Shown here: piece by piece, positions 16,870-26,085 of the stretch
Position numbering within the stretch: position 1 is the first letter of the stretch
Layout: each line of letters opens with the position of its first letter
IMG/VR virus record: IMGVR_UViG_3300031716_000034
Coordinates: 1 to 34,407 of that record
Strand: one strand, 5' to 3'
Source of the DNA: a virus
Lineage: Duplodnaviria; Caudoviricetes
DNA length: 34,407 nt
Notes under the pieces: generated by a model
Told to the model about the DNA's origin: nothing
What the model saw: the letters and a program-made list of their open reading frames with translations, nothing else
Databases searched by the model: none
Position numbers and translations under genes: made by a program

Positions 16870-16901
16870 GTTTTAACCCTTTCTCAACGGACGATGTGTT
16901 C

Positions 16902-16930
16902 GGGGCGGCTTCGGTCGCCCCTTTTTTATT
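16902..16930 (+). terminator. Intrinsic terminator after the capsid gene
   Basis: GGGGCGGC-TTCG-GTCGCCCC-TTTTTT. Confidence 0.9.
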
Positions 16931-16942
16931 GGAGTCTGAGAA

Positions 16943-17248
16943 ATGGCGAATTGGGTTCCTCTTTCACCTGCTCGGCCGCAGGTAGGCATTCCCGGGCAAA
17001 ACCTCACCATCGGTGCATCGTCGGTTCAGTCCGCTGCGGTCAATGCGCAAACCTACATGGTGCGGCTGTCGTCCACCGGCAACTGCCACGTTGCGATCGG
17101 CATGAATCCCACCGCTTCGGCTACCGACATGCTGGTCAAGGCGACGGATAGTCCCTGGCTCGTCAAGGTAGCACCGGGCGAGAAAATCGCGGTGATTCAG
17201 GACGGCGCGAGTACCGGCACGTTGAATATTGTGGAACAGACGTTCTGA
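16943..17248 (+). CDS. Beta-rich virion protein (possible head decoration)
   Basis: GGAG RBS; beta-sandwich-like composition; position after the capsid gene. Confidence 0.7.
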   Translation: MANWVPLSPARPQVGIPGQNLTIGASSVQSAAVNAQTYMVRLSSTGNCHVAIGMNPTASATDMLVKATDSPWLVKVAPGEKIAVIQDGASTGTLNIVEQTF

Positions 17249-17251
17249 GCC

Positions 17252-17533
17252 ATGAAGACGACCTATCACGAGGAAGACAACAAGGTCCATCTGAAGTACT
17301 CGGAGGACGTTGAGCCCATTCTGGACTTTGCGCATGCCAAGCGCGCGGCAGAGGGCGAATTCGAGAAGATGGGCGAGTTCAAGCAGGTCATGCGCGTGCC
17401 GATGTCGGTCATGCTCGACATCAAGATCAAGTACGGCTGGGACTTCATGGACAAGGATCATTGGCCGATGGTCGCGAAAATCCTGAAGGGTCCGGAGTAT
17501 GCCGCCTTCCGCACCACGAATCGGGTGATCTGA
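17252..17533 (+). CDS. Hypothetical head-region protein
   Basis: EDVEPILD...PEYAAFRT pattern common after podovirus capsid genes. Confidence 0.75.
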   Translation: MKTTYHEEDNKVHLKYSEDVEPILDFAHAKRAAEGEFEKMGEFKQVMRVPMSVMLDIKIKYGWDFMDKDHWPMVAKILKGPEYAAFRTTNRVI

Positions 17534-17871
17534 TGCAGAAATACGTCAACAGCGTGGCTGCGGCGACAGGAATGCCAGTGGCCGGCGCGTCGGTTCAGGT
17601 GAACACGTATCCGGGCGGCACGCCAGCGACGATCTACTCCGACAACGGCGTGACAGTCGCGGCCAATCCGCTGACGACCGACACGAACGGCACGTTCTTC
17701 TTCTACGCCGCAGACGGGCATTACCAGCTTGTCGTGAGCGGAACGAACATCCAGCCGCAGACGGTGAACGACATCCTTTTGGTTGACGTTCTGCCTGCCG
17801 ATCTGCCTACCACTCTGCCTTCGTCGTCCGGAAAGCTCTGGAACAACGGCGGCGCCATCTCGGTTAGCTGA
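17533..17871 (+). CDS. Stand-alone tailspike/fibre N-terminal anchor-like protein (112 aa)
   Basis: TGATG coupling; ATIYSDNG...NPLTTDTNGTFFFYAADGHYQLVVSG; C-terminal LPTTLPSSSGKLWNNGG. Confidence 0.7.
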   Translation: MQKYVNSVAAATGMPVAGASVQVNTYPGGTPATIYSDNGVTVAANPLTTDTNGTFFFYAADGHYQLVVSGTNIQPQTVNDILLVDVLPADLPTTLPSSSGKLWNNGGAISVS

Positions 17872-17872
17872 C

Positions 17873-19639
17873 ATGCTCAAACGAATCCTGATCGCGGCCC
17901 TTCTGTGGCCGCTGGTGGCGCTCGGCCAGAGCTATCCGTCGCCGACGTATCAGAACCTCACGATCAATGGCAAATTCGGGATGTCCTCTCTAGGATCATC
18001 CGTCCACAACGCCTATAACATCGGCTCGACTGTTATCCCGGCATTCTCGCAACTGCGTGCAAGTTCCGCAGGGACGACAAGCGGGACATTAAATTCCAGC
18101 GTTGGAACTGATGGCGTGGACGCGAGTGAATTTCTGACGTTTATCGAAAGCAATCAGGCGCCCACGTCAAATCCTCAGGCTGCGACGAATTCGGCAACTG
18201 CATCGGGAAACAATGTTCTTCATTTCGCGAGCGTGCCAACTGGCGTCGCCGCCGCGATGCAAATCACCGACCTTACCAACTTATCCGCGATTCCGAGCGG
18301 CACCACAGTATCTTCGGTTGGCTCAGGAACTGTGACCATGAATAGGGATGCCAGTGGGACAGGTGTAGGGAGCGGCGATACGATTTCTTTCGGCTTTCCA
18401 TACTTCAAGGGTCCGTTGTTCACCGCAGCGATGGCTTCTGACAACATGTATGGATCGATCACAAAATTCAGCGATGGATTCGTAAGCTATGCGACGATAG
18501 CGGCAGGTATCACGTCAGGTTGGGCCGAAGCGATGGTCGCATTAGCGGAGGATACGACCAGCGGTGACGGAACGCTGATTGGCGCAGAAATCGATATTGG
18601 CCCCACGCACACTACGAACAGCGCTCACTGCGACACCATCACATCCACTGTTTCAAATTGCCACACGAATCTATGGCTTTCCAATACCGGATCGCAGAAT
18701 GGGTCCTGGGTGATGGATACCGGAAATGGTGGAGCCGGATGGAACAACGGGATTAGTTTGCGCTTTATCGCATCTGGCGGTACGGCACTAGCAGTGCCAA
18801 ACAATACGCTACTCACAGGCGCAACTACCGGAGGAGGCGCAGTAACTTTAGCGCAGGTCGATACAAGCAATATTTTGCAGATCGGGGCATCTGCCGCTTC
18901 GATTAATTTGAATGCCGCCCTGGTAGGAAGCACAGCCGGCTTTACGGGCGAATCCATCAGTCAGCCCGCTGGTAATACACGATCAATACAGTTCCAAAGC
19001 TCAGGAATTTCACGTTGGCAGTTACGTGTCGATAACAGTGCGGAGTCTGGATCTAATGCTGGATCTAATTTCAACATAGATAGATATAACGATGCGGGCT
19101 CATTTCAGGACAGCCCTATCAATATCAGTCGAGCATCTGGAAACGTCACTATCGCCGATGGTCTGATAGTCAGCGGAACAATAGCGCCCTCGCAAACTGC
19201 TGGCATCCTCGGCACCACGACGAACAACAACGCGAGCGCGGGGAGTGTCGGCGAAACCATTACGTCGAATGTCCTTCGGGCTTCTGCTGTTTCTCTGACC
19301 ACTAATACCCCAGCGAATGTCACCAGTATTTCCCTGACGGCTGGGGATTGGGACGTGAGCGGGCAAGTGATTTTGACGCCCAATGCCAGCACGACCATTA
19401 CGCAGGTATCGGCGTGGATCAGCACGACTTCGGCGTCGCTTCCATCCGATTCTGACCCGACGAAACCGTGGTTTTTCCAGAGTGGATCATTCACGACCGG
19501 TAACGGCGTTGCGATGCAGGTCACTCGCACGCGGCTGAGCCTCTCTGCGACCACAACCGTATTCCTGTCGACCCAGAACACATTCGGCGTTTCGACAATG
19601 ACCGGGTGCGGGTTTATTCAGGCTCGGCGAGTTCGATAG
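17873..19639 (+). CDS. Tail-fibre-like S/T/G/N-rich protein (588 aa) with an N-terminal signal-peptide-like sequence
   Basis: MLKRILIAALLWPLVALG|QSYPSP; fibre motifs RWQL..DNSAESGSNAGSNFNIDRYNDAG and GTTTNNNASAGSVGE...SLTAGDWDV. Confidence 0.75.
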   Translation: MLKRILIAALLWPLVALGQSYPSPTYQNLTINGKFGMSSLGSSVHNAYNIGSTVIPAFSQLRASSAGTTSGTLNSSVGTDGVDASEFLTFIESNQAPTSNPQAATNSATASGNNVLHFASVPTGVAAAMQITDLTNLSAIPSGTTVSSVGSGTVTMNRDASGTGVGSGDTISFGFPYFKGPLFTAAMASDNMYGSITKFSDGFVSYATIAAGITSGWAEAMVALAEDTTSGDGTLIGAEIDIGPTHTTNSAHCDTITSTVSNCHTNLWLSNTGSQNGSWVMDTGNGGAGWNNGISLRFIASGGTALAVPNNTLLTGATTGGGAVTLAQVDTSNILQIGASAASINLNAALVGSTAGFTGESISQPAGNTRSIQFQSSGISRWQLRVDNSAESGSNAGSNFNIDRYNDAGSFQDSPINISRASGNVTIADGLIVSGTIAPSQTAGILGTTTNNNASAGSVGETITSNVLRASAVSLTTNTPANVTSISLTAGDWDVSGQVILTPNASTTITQVSAWISTTSASLPSDSDPTKPWFFQSGSFTTGNGVAMQVTRTRLSLSATTTVFLSTQNTFGVSTMTGCGFIQARRVR

Positions 19640-19648
19640 GGGCCAAAC

Positions 19649-20332
19649 ATGACGATCTTCGTCCCGGCAGAGGGCTCAGGAACGCCCACAGGCGTTGCAG
19701 GTGTCTACGACTACAACTCGCTGAAGCAGGCCGTTCAGGACTGGTTTGCGCGCTCTGATCTTGGCAACTGGATCGACTATTTCATCCAGATCGCCGAGGC
19801 CGATATTTATCGCGACATCTTTGCGCAGAATCAGGGCAAAGGTGTGCAGCCGATGGAAACCGCGTTCAGTTCGACGACGATAGGCACGGGAACGCCGGTT
19901 CCTGCTGGCTACGTGGGGATGAAAATCCTGCTCGTGTCGCTGAACGGTCAGACCTTCGAAGTTGAGCGACGCACGCCGGAATTCATCTACACGCAGTTTC
20001 CCGGTCAGTCCGCTTGCGGTGTCCCGGCGTATTTCACACGGATGGGTCAGAACTTCGTGTTCGGCCCGTATCCGGATGCGCCCTACACGCTCACCGGCAT
20101 CTACTGGCAGAAGTCGGCGCAACTGACGTCCTCGAACAGCGTTACGTGGATCGTGAACACGATTCCGACGATCATGCTCGCTGCGACGAACCGTGCTGCC
20201 GCGCGCTTCAACAAGGACGAAGAAGCATTTTCGCTATGGGATTCGCTCTATCAGCAGCAGTTGGCGAGTTTCATCCTCGCGGACAAGGCTGAAGAACTGT
20301 CCGGGTCGTCTATCGCGATGGTGGCCGCCTGA
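19649..20332 (+). CDS. Head-tail adaptor protein
   Basis: YNSLKQAVQDWFARSDL...FIQIAEADI...FGPYPDAPY pattern; position. Confidence 0.75.
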   Translation: MTIFVPAEGSGTPTGVAGVYDYNSLKQAVQDWFARSDLGNWIDYFIQIAEADIYRDIFAQNQGKGVQPMETAFSSTTIGTGTPVPAGYVGMKILLVSLNGQTFEVERRTPEFIYTQFPGQSACGVPAYFTRMGQNFVFGPYPDAPYTLTGIYWQKSAQLTSSNSVTWIVNTIPTIMLAATNRAAARFNKDEEAFSLWDSLYQQQLASFILADKAEELSGSSIAMVAA

Positions 20333-21846
20333 TGCTGCTCCCTATCGCTGATTACGCGCCGGATCTGCCGCCGAACAACTCGTCAGGGGCTTCTGGAAAC
20401 CTGGTCAACCTGTTTCCGCGCACCAAAGAATCGTGGGGCCCGGTAGGAACGCTTTCGCCGTTTGGTGGCAGTGGCCTCGACTCGCAGTGTCTCGGCGTTC
20501 AGGTGGCGATCGATACGGGCGCGAACAATTACCTGTTTGCCGGGACTGCGGACAAGCTCTACGAACTCGCACCGGGCAACACGAATTTCGCGAACGTGAG
20601 CAAAAGCGGCGGCTATTCGCTTGCGGCGGGTGAACGCTGGTTCTTCACGCAATACGGCCAGCGTGTTATCGGGGCTGCACAGGGGCAGAACCTGCAGTCG
20701 TTCGTGCTGAATTCGAGCAGCGCATTTGCCGATCTCGCTGCCGCAGCTCCGCAGGCCCGCTACATCACGACGATCAAGGATTTCGTGATGGTGGGCAACA
20801 CGTTCGACGGGACCAACGGTCTGCAACCTCAACGCGTCCAGTGGTGCGCGATCGACGATCCGACGACATGGCCAGTTGAGGGCAGCAACACAGAGGCTGA
20901 ATTGCTCGCGGGTTCGCAGATCATCCCCGGCGATCAGGGCTGGATTATGGGTCTGGTTGGGAACCTCGGTAACGCTGATGGTGCTGTGTTCTTCGAGCGC
21001 GGCATCTTCCGGGTGGTGTTTCAGGGCTCGCCGACCGTGTTCGGCTTCTACCCGGCTGAAGGTGTGCGCGGGACGCCATGCCCGAAAAGCATCGTGCAGC
21101 TTGGCGCGCTCGCGTATTACGTGGGTGAAGACGGTTTCTATGCATTCGATGGGTCGTCGTCCATCCCGATCGGCGTTGATCGTGTCGACAAGACCTTTTG
21201 GTCCAACGTGAACACGGCCTATCTGGCGAACGTGGTTGGTGCGTTCGATCCGCTCAACCGCCTGATCATGTGGCTGTATCCGTCGAACTCGGCCCCCGGT
21301 GGCGTCCCTGATTCGCTGATCGTCTACAACTGGGCGCTCAACAAGTGGGGATTCGCTGCGGTCAACGCAGAATACATCTTTCGCGCTATCACGCAGGGCT
21401 ATTCGCTTGATTCACTGGACAGCACCGGATACAACCTCGACACGCTGCCGTTTTCGCTCGATTCGCGGGTGTGGACTGGCGGCCAGGTGCTGATGGGTGC
21501 GTTCGATCCCACGCACAAGCTGAACTACTTCACCGGCTCACCGGCGAATGCGACCGCAGATACGGTTGAACTTGAGCCCTTTGGCAGTAACGGCAAGCGC
21601 GCGCTGATTACGTCAACACGCCCAATGATCGACGGTGCGAGTCCGACCGTGCAACTTGGCACGCGTAATCGTCTGATCGACACGCCGACATTCACGACCG
21701 CCAGTTCGGTCAATGACAACGGCGAATGCCCGGTTCGCGCCGATGGCCGCTATATGCGCGCACGAATTCAGACAAGCGGCACGTTCACGCATCTTCAGGG
21801 AATCGAGATTCCCGAGGATTCGGTTCATATGACGGGCCGGCGATGA
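20332..21846 (+). CDS. Tail nozzle/stabilisation protein (beta-propeller-like)
   Basis: 504-aa beta-rich protein; RVQWCAIDDPTTW, EDGFYAFDG..SIPIG; follows the adaptor. Confidence 0.75.
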   Translation: MLLPIADYAPDLPPNNSSGASGNLVNLFPRTKESWGPVGTLSPFGGSGLDSQCLGVQVAIDTGANNYLFAGTADKLYELAPGNTNFANVSKSGGYSLAAGERWFFTQYGQRVIGAAQGQNLQSFVLNSSSAFADLAAAAPQARYITTIKDFVMVGNTFDGTNGLQPQRVQWCAIDDPTTWPVEGSNTEAELLAGSQIIPGDQGWIMGLVGNLGNADGAVFFERGIFRVVFQGSPTVFGFYPAEGVRGTPCPKSIVQLGALAYYVGEDGFYAFDGSSSIPIGVDRVDKTFWSNVNTAYLANVVGAFDPLNRLIMWLYPSNSAPGGVPDSLIVYNWALNKWGFAAVNAEYIFRAITQGYSLDSLDSTGYNLDTLPFSLDSRVWTGGQVLMGAFDPTHKLNYFTGSPANATADTVELEPFGSNGKRALITSTRPMIDGASPTVQLGTRNRLIDTPTFTTASSVNDNGECPVRADGRYMRARIQTSGTFTHLQGIEIPEDSVHMTGRR

Positions 21847-22172
21847 CTCAGAAAGGTTATCAGGCTGTCCCGCTGATGCTGCCGAACGAAAAGGAGCATC
21901 GGCGCCAGATTGCGCAGTCACTCAATCAGCAGTTGACCGGAAAGCTGAACGCGGTTCTTCAAGTGACGCTCACGCCGAGTTCGACGACCACCACGGTTAC
22001 GGATGCCCGCATCGGCGCCAATACGTTTATCGGCTTCTCGCCGCTCACAGCCAATGCAGCGGCGGCTATCAGCGGTCTCTATGTGTCCGCGCAGGTCAAT
22101 GGGTCAGCGACGCTCACACACGCGAATAACGCGCAGAGCGATCGCACTTTCAACGCTCTCCTGATCGGGTAA
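21843..22172 (+). CDS. Small tail-associated protein
   Basis: ATGA overlap (MTQKGYQAVP...). Confidence 0.7.
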   Translation: MTQKGYQAVPLMLPNEKEHRRQIAQSLNQQLTGKLNAVLQVTLTPSSTTTTVTDARIGANTFIGFSPLTANAAAAISGLYVSAQVNGSATLTHANNAQSDRTFNALLIG

Positions 22173-22176
22173 CGCA

Positions 22177-22581
22177 ATGCTCTACGGCATCCAGATCGCT
22201 GAAATCGAAGCGGTCTGGCCCGAGGTACGTCCGTGGATCGAAGCGGCGTGCAAGAGGAACCGCGGCAAGTACGACGCCGCAGACATTCTGGCTGGTCTTT
22301 TGACGGGCGAAGACCAGCTTTGGATCTGGAAGTCATCTACGGCGTTCGCTGTGGGAATCACCCGTCTCGCGAACTACCCGAAACAGCGCGTTTGCCTCAT
22401 TCGAATTGTCACCGGAACGAATGCCAGTGAGTGGCAGCAACCGGCTATGGAGACGATCGAACAGTGGGCGAAGGCGAGCGGATGTCACGCGATGGAGCTT
22501 TGTGCGCGCCCCGGATGGAGTCGGCGTATGCGCGCGCAGGGATACGAGGAAACACATCGCTTCATCGAAAAAGCGCTCTAA
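22177..22581 (+). CDS. GNAT-like protein preceding the ejection genes
   Basis: IEQWAKASGCHAMELCARPGWSRRM..GYEE pattern at the usual podovirus position. Confidence 0.65.
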   Translation: MLYGIQIAEIEAVWPEVRPWIEAACKRNRGKYDAADILAGLLTGEDQLWIWKSSTAFAVGITRLANYPKQRVCLIRIVTGTNASEWQQPAMETIEQWAKASGCHAMELCARPGWSRRMRAQGYEETHRFIEKAL

Positions 22582-22592
22582 GGGGAACTCAC

Positions 22593-23588
22593 ATGCCTTC
22601 TGGCGGAAGCACCACCAGCAATACCGTAGCAACGCCATGGACGGGGCAGCAGCCGTATCTCAGTAGTGTATTCGGGGGTGCCCAGAACACCTACAACCAG
22701 TATTCCGGCAATCCGTCTTCGTCTGTTGCTGGGTTTACGCCTGATCAGCAGCAGGCAATGGGCATTACGCAAGGCGTTGCCAACGGGACGAATTTCGGCA
22801 ATGCGTCGGGCGTCAACAATGCAGCCGGCTCTTTCAATACCGACCTGCTCAATGGGTCGTATCTGAATTCGAACCCGGCCAATTCGACGCTGGCCGGGAT
22901 GGCGAACAACAACACCGGCAGTACAACGCTCGGTGCATTCGCCAACGGTTCAATGAACAACAACCCGTACGAAACGGGAGCACTCGACGCGGCGAATGAC
23001 GCCATCACGCGCGCGTATCAGACCGCCACCGCACCGCAGACTTCGAGCGCAATGGAGGCGTCCGGTCGGTACGGATCAGGGGCGAATGCGAATGCAGTCA
23101 GCCAGAACCAGCAGAACCTCGCGACACAGCTTGGCAATACCGATGCGTCGCTCACGAACAGCATGTACCAGCAGAACATGGGCAACCAGCTTTCTGCTGC
23201 GGGCGCGCTGGGGCAGCAGCAATTGGGCGCCGCTGGCACTCTCGGCAACAACTACAGCACGGGCGTCCAGCAGATGCTCGGAGGCCTGTCCACGGCACCG
23301 AACACGGTCAATTCGATCAATGGTGCGGCGACGAACCTCTACAACATGGGCGGCAATCAGCAAGCGTACAACCAGTCGGTTATCAACGCTCCATGGCAGT
23401 TGCTGAACAACTATTCGAACCTGATTCAAGGCCAATACGGCGGCAATACGAGCACGACGACGCCGTACTACACCAACACCTTGGCTGGTGGCATGGGCGG
23501 TGCGCTAGGCGGTGCTGCGCTGGCCGGGTCGATGGGATACAACCCGGCATACGGCGCGGCGGCCGGCGGCCTCATGGGACTTCTCTAA
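22593..23588 (+). CDS. Internal virion/DNA ejection protein
   Basis: AAGGGG RBS; SGGSTTSNT..PW.GQQPYL; N/Q/G-rich with a Gly/Ala hydrophobic C-terminus. Confidence 0.75.
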   Translation: MPSGGSTTSNTVATPWTGQQPYLSSVFGGAQNTYNQYSGNPSSSVAGFTPDQQQAMGITQGVANGTNFGNASGVNNAAGSFNTDLLNGSYLNSNPANSTLAGMANNNTGSTTLGAFANGSMNNNPYETGALDAANDAITRAYQTATAPQTSSAMEASGRYGSGANANAVSQNQQNLATQLGNTDASLTNSMYQQNMGNQLSAAGALGQQQLGAAGTLGNNYSTGVQQMLGGLSTAPNTVNSINGAATNLYNMGGNQQAYNQSVINAPWQLLNNYSNLIQGQYGGNTSTTTPYYTNTLAGGMGGALGGAALAGSMGYNPAYGAAAGGLMGLL

Positions 23589-23598
23589 GGAGATCGAT

Positions 23599-24156
23599 AT
23601 GTCATTTTTTAATAGTCCCTGGTTCCCGCTCGCTCTTGCCGCAGGTGGTGCGCTCACGGGGGGCCTTCTTTCTGCTGCCGCGCCAGCCGCTGCTGCGGGC
23701 GCATCCGGCGCTGCTGGCGCAGCCAGCGCAGCAGGGTCTGGTCTGGGCGCTGCGATGGGTGGTGGTGCGGGCGCTGGCATGGGTACGGCTGCAGGCAGCG
23801 CAGGATTGGGGAGCGCCCTAGGCTCAGCACCGGCGGGGCTTTTTAGTGGACTTCTGCCCGGCGGCGGTATGTCAGGTGCGGCGAGTGGCGCGCTTGGAGG
23901 TGGCCTTTCAGGTGCTGTCAACGGACTGGCTCCCCTTGGTGGCGCAACGATGGGCGCCGCGGCAGGCAGCAGCATGAATCCCATGATGGCGATGCAGGCC
24001 ATGCACATGATGCAGGGTCAGCAGCCGCAGCAGATGGGGCAAGCTGCGCCTCCAATGCCCGTGACAGGTAATCGGCAACAGAACCCGCAACTTCAGCAGC
24101 AACTTCAGCAGTTGCCGCCCTACGCGCGCTTCCAGCCATTCGGCTTTACGGGGTGA
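23599..24156 (+). CDS. Gly/Ala-rich internal virion protein
   Basis: AAGGAG RBS before ATG 23599. Confidence 0.7.
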   Translation: MSFFNSPWFPLALAAGGALTGGLLSAAAPAAAAGASGAAGAASAAGSGLGAAMGGGAGAGMGTAAGSAGLGSALGSAPAGLFSGLLPGGGMSGAASGALGGGLSGAVNGLAPLGGATMGAAAGSSMNPMMAMQAMHMMQGQQPQQMGQAAPPMPVTGNRQQNPQLQQQLQQLPPYARFQPFGFTG

Positions 24157-24159
24157 AAC

Positions 24160-26085
24160 ATGGCCGGTCTCTTTGATACGAGCGATCCGTCTGGAATGGG
24201 CCTGATGGGGATGCTGGCGAACCCTCAGACTGCTGGTTTGCTGGGAATGGCAGGAGGCCTGTTGTCTGCTGCCGGGCCGTCCCGTCTGCCGATATCGAAC
24301 GGTCAGGCGCTCGGCGCGGGATTTCAGAGCATGCAGCAGGGCTTCGACAACTCGCTGGGCATGCAGCGTCAATTGCTTCAGATGCAGGCCATGAAAGGCC
24401 TCATGGGTGGGCAACAACCGCAGCAATCTGCGCAGCCTGATCCGACGATGGCGCAGGGGACGCCGGTGAGCGGCGGTGCGAATGTAGGCGGCATGTCGGG
24501 GCTCTCTGCTGGCATGGGCAGCATGGCGCCGCAGATGCCGCAGCAGCAAGCTCCGGCCGCTTCGAGTGGCGGCATCTATGGCAAGACGCCGCAGCAACTG
24601 TTCCAGCAAGGGATGCTGATGAACATGGCCGGCATGCAGGGCGGCGGCGACCTGATGCGCATTGCGGTCGAACATGATCCGACGCTTGCAATGCAGATGC
24701 CGACCGACTCGATGAAGACCGCAGCAGCGGCTTATGGATACGGGTCGCCTGACTACACTTCGGCGCTTCAGAACGAGGTCCGCAAGAACGGCGCGCTTTC
24801 CATTCGTCCGGGCGGTGGTGTGATGGTGGGCGATCGCTTCATCACAATGCCGGGCGCCGCGCCGGCTGGCTACATGAATCAACAGGACGCCACCGGTAAC
24901 TGGTCCGTTGCACCCATTCCTGGCGGCCCGCAGGCGGTGACCGGTAGCGAGTCTGCCAAAGAACTCGGCCGGGCGCAGAATCAGAACCAGCCGGTATGGG
25001 ATCCGACCGCCAATAATGGTAATGGCGGATTCGTCCTGCAGACGCGCGCGAATGTCAACGCGGCAGCAAACGGCGATCAAAGCGTGCCGGTCGGCATCCG
25101 CAACAACAATTTCGGCAATATCAAAGGCACCAACGGTCAATTTGCGACGTATGACACGCCGCAGGCAGGGATCAATGCTGCAGACCAGACGCTCGCGGCA
25201 TATGGCTCGAAGCACGGCATCAACACGCTGACCGGCATCGCGAATCGCTGGTCTCCGACTGGCGACGGCAACAACAACCCGACTCAGAAAGCTGCGGCGA
25301 TGTCGGCAGCAAGCGGCGTTGGCGTGAATCAGCCGATTAACCTTGCCGACCCTGCGACGCGCGCGCGCATTCTGCCGGCGCTGTTCGACACCGAGACGCC
25401 AGGGTGGCGCAATGCGATGGGGGGCGCGCAGGGAGCGCCCGCAGGCGGTCCGATGGCGGCGCAGCCACCATTGGGGCAGATCAACGCCGCGAACGCTTCG
25501 CAAGTTGCCCCAAGCAAGCAGATGGCTGACACTTACGGCACGTTGACAAGTGCAGATGCGAACTATCAGGCGTCCCGGTCAGCCCTTCAAAGCATGCTGG
25601 ATATCACGAACAAAAACGCCCCCGGCGATACGATCGCGCGTTTGCTGCCTCAGGAATGGGCGACACGTCTGAGTAACGATGCCGCCGAGTACGACAAGGC
25701 GCATGCGCTCTATACGTCACTTCAGGGGAAGGCGCTCGGGGGCGGCGGTACAGATGCGTCTCGCGCGAATCTTGAGGCCGCGGTCCCTGACTTCACGAAG
25801 CCCCAGCAAGCCAGACTCCAAGGGCTGAATGCGCAGCTTCAGCAACTGGACATGAACCATCTAAAGACGCAGTTTCTCGCGCCGATCTATCAGCAGAGCA
25901 ACGAAAAGCAATTCACTGCTCAGAACGCTGCGTTTGATAAAAGCATCACGCCCGCGATGATGCCGCAACTTCAATCTTTGCTTTCGATGCCACCGGGCCC
26001 TGACCGAGGAAATGCGCTTTCGGCGGCTATGCAAGATCCTGCCATGAAGAACGCGCTTGATCTCCTTTCGGGGATGTTCAAATGA
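24160..26085 (+). CDS. DNA ejection protein with a putative muralytic domain
   Basis: M/Q/G-rich; internal GIRNNNFGNIK...FATYDTPQAG...GINTLTGIANRWSP motif. Confidence 0.75.
   Translation: MAGLFDTSDPSGMGLMGMLANPQTAGLLGMAGGLLSAAGPSRLPISNGQALGAGFQSMQQGFDNSLGMQRQLLQMQAMKGLMGGQQPQQSAQPDPTMAQGTPVSGGANVGGMSGLSAGMGSMAPQMPQQQAPAASSGGIYGKTPQQLFQQGMLMNMAGMQGGGDLMRIAVEHDPTLAMQMPTDSMKTAAAAYGYGSPDYTSALQNEVRKNGALSIRPGGGVMVGDRFITMPGAAPAGYMNQQDATGNWSVAPIPGGPQAVTGSESAKELGRAQNQNQPVWDPTANNGNGGFVLQTRANVNAAANGDQSVPVGIRNNNFGNIKGTNGQFATYDTPQAGINAADQTLAAYGSKHGINTLTGIANRWSPTGDGNNNPTQKAAAMSAASGVGVNQPINLADPATRARILPALFDTETPGWRNAMGGAQGAPAGGPMAAQPPLGQINAANASQVAPSKQMADTYGTLTSADANYQASRSALQSMLDITNKNAPGDTIARLLPQEWATRLSNDAAEYDKAHALYTSLQGKALGGGGTDASRANLEAAVPDFTKPQQARLQGLNAQLQQLDMNHLKTQFLAPIYQQSNEKQFTAQNAAFDKSITPAMMPQLQSLLSMPPGPDRGNALSAAMQDPAMKNALDLLSGMFK

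Noticed and set aside
17768-17873. +1 frameshift fusing the anchor gene to the fibre gene
   Set aside because: The fibre frame is open from 17768, but the linker reads like off-frame sequence and there is no convincing slippery site. The anchor has its own natural-looking C-terminal motif. Not fully excluded.
12777-25503. Long antisense ORFs such as 12777-13691, 15901-16842 and 23908-25503
   Set aside because: Shadow frames of GC-rich structural genes, with no RBS or motifs.
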